Positions 35,524-37,833 of a stretch of 37,833 nt of DNA are shown here, piece by piece. The DNA comes from an uncultured Dehalococcoidia bacterium (GTDB lineage: Bacteria > Chloroflexota > Dehalococcoidia > Lucifugimonadales > Australimonadaceae). The first letter of the stretch is position 1. Each line of letters opens with the position of its first letter. The translations under genes were made by a program, and so were the position numbers. The notes beneath the pieces are model-generated. The model had not been told where the DNA came from, did not search any database, and worked only from the letters and a program-made list of their open reading frames with translations. Where the stretch lies: the NCBI GenBank assembly GCA_964596665.1, contig CAZQVD010000003.1, positions 2,162 to 39,994 of the forward strand, read 5' to 3'.

Positions 35524-36431
35524 AGGGCGACGGCTACGGTGCCCACGAAGGAGAGTGCGATCGCCACGAGCACCATGGGGCGGAACGACTCGACGTCACG
35601 GTTGATCAGATAGCTGAAGAACAGGCCGAACAGCATTGACGTTTCGTGCAGTGGCGAAGCGATGGACACCTCCAGCGACTCCAACGCGGTGAACCTGAAT
35701 ATCAAGGCGAGGAAAACCACGAACCCGCTCAACAAGAACCATCGCATGCCGCCGCGGTGGACGGAGCGAACCTCGTCGACCCTCCCGGGCACGCTGAGCA
35801 TACCCATGAGAAAGAGTCCCGCGGAGGCGTTGGTTACGAGGGCGCCCATGATGCCCATATCGGTGTCCGCGAGCACAAGGCGGATCAGGAATTGAGACAC
35901 CCCGTAGGCCACGCCGGCCAGTATCCCGAAGAAGACGCCTTCGGCGAGCTTCGTGCCACCGGTGCCATACGAGGCCGCCTGCGCGCCCGCAGTGGATTCG
36001 CGCGACCCAAAGACGAGCAGCAGCGGTGCCCCGATGAGCACGGCGACGCCCGCGCTCTGGGTCAGCGTGAGCGTCTCTCCGAGCAAGATCATGCCGAGCA
36101 CCACCGCGGTGATGGGTGTGAGCGTCCGGAGAGGTGCGCTGCGGTTCGAGCCGAGGATCTTGATCGATCGGAACGTCGAATACCGGGCGAGGCCGTAGTT
36201 CAACACCCCGATACCGACGAGGCCGAGGTATGCGGCCAGCGTCAGCGCGGTTGGGCGGCCAAGCTGTCCGCTGATCGCTGCGGCCACCACGAAGAAGGGC
36301 AATGAGGCCAGCACGCTGATGAAGATGCCGTTGAAGGCTGACGTGTGCAGCATGCCACGGCGCGTGACCGCCCCCGTCAGCCCATAGAAGACGGCTGACA
36401 GCAAGATGTAGATGACGCCGAGCTCAGGCAT
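35520..36431 (-). CDS. EamA/DMT-family transporter (tandem paralogue)
   Basis: 303 aa with ~10 TM segments and the same organisation as the neighbouring gene. ATG at 36431, 26 nt downstream of the argG stop. Confidence 0.8.
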   Translation of the reverse strand: MPELGVIYILLSAVFYGLTGAVTRRGMLHTSAFNGIFISVLASLPFFVVAAAISGQLGRPTALTLAAYLGLVGIGVLNYGLARYSTFRSIKILGSNRSAPLRTLTPITAVVLGMILLGETLTLTQSAGVAVLIGAPLLLVFGSRESTAGAQAASYGTGGTKLAEGVFFGILAGVAYGVSQFLIRLVLADTDMGIMGALVTNASAGLFLMGMLSVPGRVDEVRSVHRGGMRWFLLSGFVVFLALIFRFTALESLEVSIASPLHETSMLFGLFFSYLINRDVESFRPMVLVAIALSFVGTVAVAL

Positions 36432-36457
36432 GGTGCGTCAACATCCTCGAGGCACGC

Positions 36458-37656
36458 CTATTGCTGGTCGCCCTGAACCTCGGCCTGGGTGCGAACCGGT
36501 AGCCCGAAGAGGTGGATGAAGCCGACCGACGCCTGGTGGTCGAACGTGTCCGACGCATCGTACGTCGCTAGGTCATGGCGGTAGAGCGACTCGTCGCTGC
36601 TGCGGCCCACCACGGCGCATGTGCCCTTGTAGAGCCGCACGCGGATGATCCCCGAGACGTGCGTCTGGGTGCTGCGGACGTAGGCGTCGAGGTCGCGGCG
36701 GTGCGCGGAGAACCAGAGACCGTTGTAGACCATGTCGGCGTATTCCTGCCCCATGCGCTCCTTGAAGCGGGCCTGCTCTTTGCTGAGGCACATGGATTCC
36801 ATGGCCCGGTGTGCCTGGTGCAGGACCACGGCCGCAGGGGCTTCGTAGATCTCGCGAGACTTGATGCCGACCAGGCGATTCTCGATGTGATCGATGCGGC
36901 CGACGCTGTGCTGGCCCGCGATCTCGTTCAACATTTCGACGAGGGTGGTGCCTGATAGCTTCTCGCCGTCGACCGCGACGGGTATGCCTCTGCTGAACGT
37001 AATCTCGACGTATCGCGCCTCGTCCGGCGCCGCTGCGGGGGCCACGGTCCATGCGTAGGCCTCTTCGGGCGGCTCGGCCACGGGTCCTCCAGGTTGCCGG
37101 CCTCGCGGCTGCGGTCCCAGAGGTTATCGTCCACTGAATAGGGGCTGCGCTTGTTCAGGTCAAGTTCGATGTGCTTCTCCTGGGCGTAGGCGATCTCGTC
37201 GTCGCGGCTCATGCCCCACTCCCTGGCGGGAGCGAGCACCTTGATCTGCGGGGCGAGGGCCGCGGCACTGACGTCGAAGCGCACCTGATCGTTGCCCTTG
37301 CCTGTGCAGCCGTGGGCGACCGCGTAGGCCTTCTCCTCCTGAGCGATACGCACCAAGTGCTTCACGATCAGCGGACGACCCAGGGCGGTCGCGAGCGGGT
37401 AGATGCCTTCGTAGAGGGCACCTGCCTGGAGCGCTGGCCAGACGTATTCGGCGATGAACTCGTCGCGCGCATCGAGAACGTCCGCGCGAACGGCGCCGAT
37501 ATCGAGTGCACGCTGCCTCGCACCTTCGAGGTCGACCTTGCCTCCCATGTCCATGGTCAGCGTCGCGATCTCGGCGTCGTATTTCTCCTGGAGCCAGCGC
37601 ACGGCAACGGACGTGTCCAACCCCCCGCTGTACGCGAGGACGATCTTTTCGGTCAT
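36458..37656 (-). pseudogene. argG: argininosuccinate synthase with the reading frame broken near 37078-37081
   Basis: The N-terminal part ([16 protein letters not shown]...[13 protein letters not shown]...NLEDPW) lies in one frame, 37656 down to 37078. The C-terminal part ([12 protein letters not shown]...IDHIENRLVGIKSREIYE...) lies in the frame shifted by one base, 37078 down to 36458. Together they give a normal ~399-aa ArgG. Confidence 0.85.
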
Positions 37657-37687
37657 CGGGTCAGGTCCTTTCAGGTCTGCTAGGGTT

Positions 37688-37833
37688 CTAGCCTGCGAGC
37701 ACCACGGCGAGTCCGCGGTCCAACTTCTCCATCGCCTCGTCGACATCGGCCTCGGAGATGATGAGCGGTGGCATGAACCGGATGGCGTCGGGGCGGACGG
37801 GGGTGAGCAGGAGGCCCTCCCCATTGCAGGCGG
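37688..37833 (-). CDS. argD: class-III aminotransferase C-terminus, probably acetylornithine aminotransferase (partial)
   Basis: The frame is open to the window edge. It translates ...[42 protein letters not shown], then TAG (37688-37690). The IRF.PPL motif and the position upstream of argG support the call. Confidence 0.65.
   Translation of the reverse strand, partial: ACNGEGLLLTPVRPDAIRFMPPLIISEADVDEAMEKLDRGLAVVLAG

Noticed and set aside
37060-37100. Programmed -1 ribosomal frameshifting in argG.
   Set aside because: There is no X-XXY-YYZ slippery heptamer at the shift point (C-CCG-TGG), and I saw no obvious downstream pseudoknot or hairpin. Argininosuccinate synthase is not known to use recoding. 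An indel (error or mutation) is the simpler explanation.
37657-37824. The N-terminal extension of the argG ORF to 37824.
   Set aside because: ArgG homology begins at [16 protein letters not shown] (ATG 37656). The extension overlaps the argD 3' end in another frame.

Overview
This is a high-GC (roughly two-thirds G+C by eye), densely packed bacterial chromosomal window with about 45 genes. I saw no rRNA, tRNA, CRISPR array, transposase, integrase or phage gene.

Most of the content is core housekeeping:
- acpP (5'-truncated), family-4 uracil-DNA glycosylase, RNase J, FtsK
- a DUF59 / Mrp-ApbC Fe-S carrier pair, UvrB, YebC-RuvC-RuvA
- rpsP - KH protein - rimM, ThiL-TsaE-TsaB, Ndk, RsfS, MnmA
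- RNase HII - YraN, YloV(DAK2)-DegV divergent from rpmB
- two tandem FKBP isomerases, Rpe, ArgH, ArgG and ArgD (3' end only)

The accessory content is modest:
- an MmgE/PrpD-family gene followed by a phthalate-dioxygenase-like Rieske oxygenase
- a second, paralogous orphan Rieske oxygenase
- a ~5 kb block (HIBADH-like dehydrogenase, SDR, amidohydrolase-2, two EamA/DMT transporters) lying between argG and argH

The gene order (rpmB divergent from yloV-degV, rpsP-KH-rimM, yebC-ruvCA) resembles monoderm or Chloroflexota/Actinobacteria-type genomes. I cannot assign a taxon from the sequence alone.

I cannot support a new multi-gene system here. The features most worth a second look are:
1. An in-frame TAA inside an otherwise full-length yraN.
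2. A 1-nt frame break inside argG.
3. Two unusually long non-coding gaps, 10013-10387 and 18061-18547. The first carries an AT-rich island with a near-consensus CRP-type palindrome.
4. Apparently leaderless starts placed directly after -10 elements.
5. Orphan Rieske oxygenases with no electron-transfer partner.

Many long ORFs in the six-frame track are antisense or alternative-frame artefacts of high GC. They are listed as rejected.
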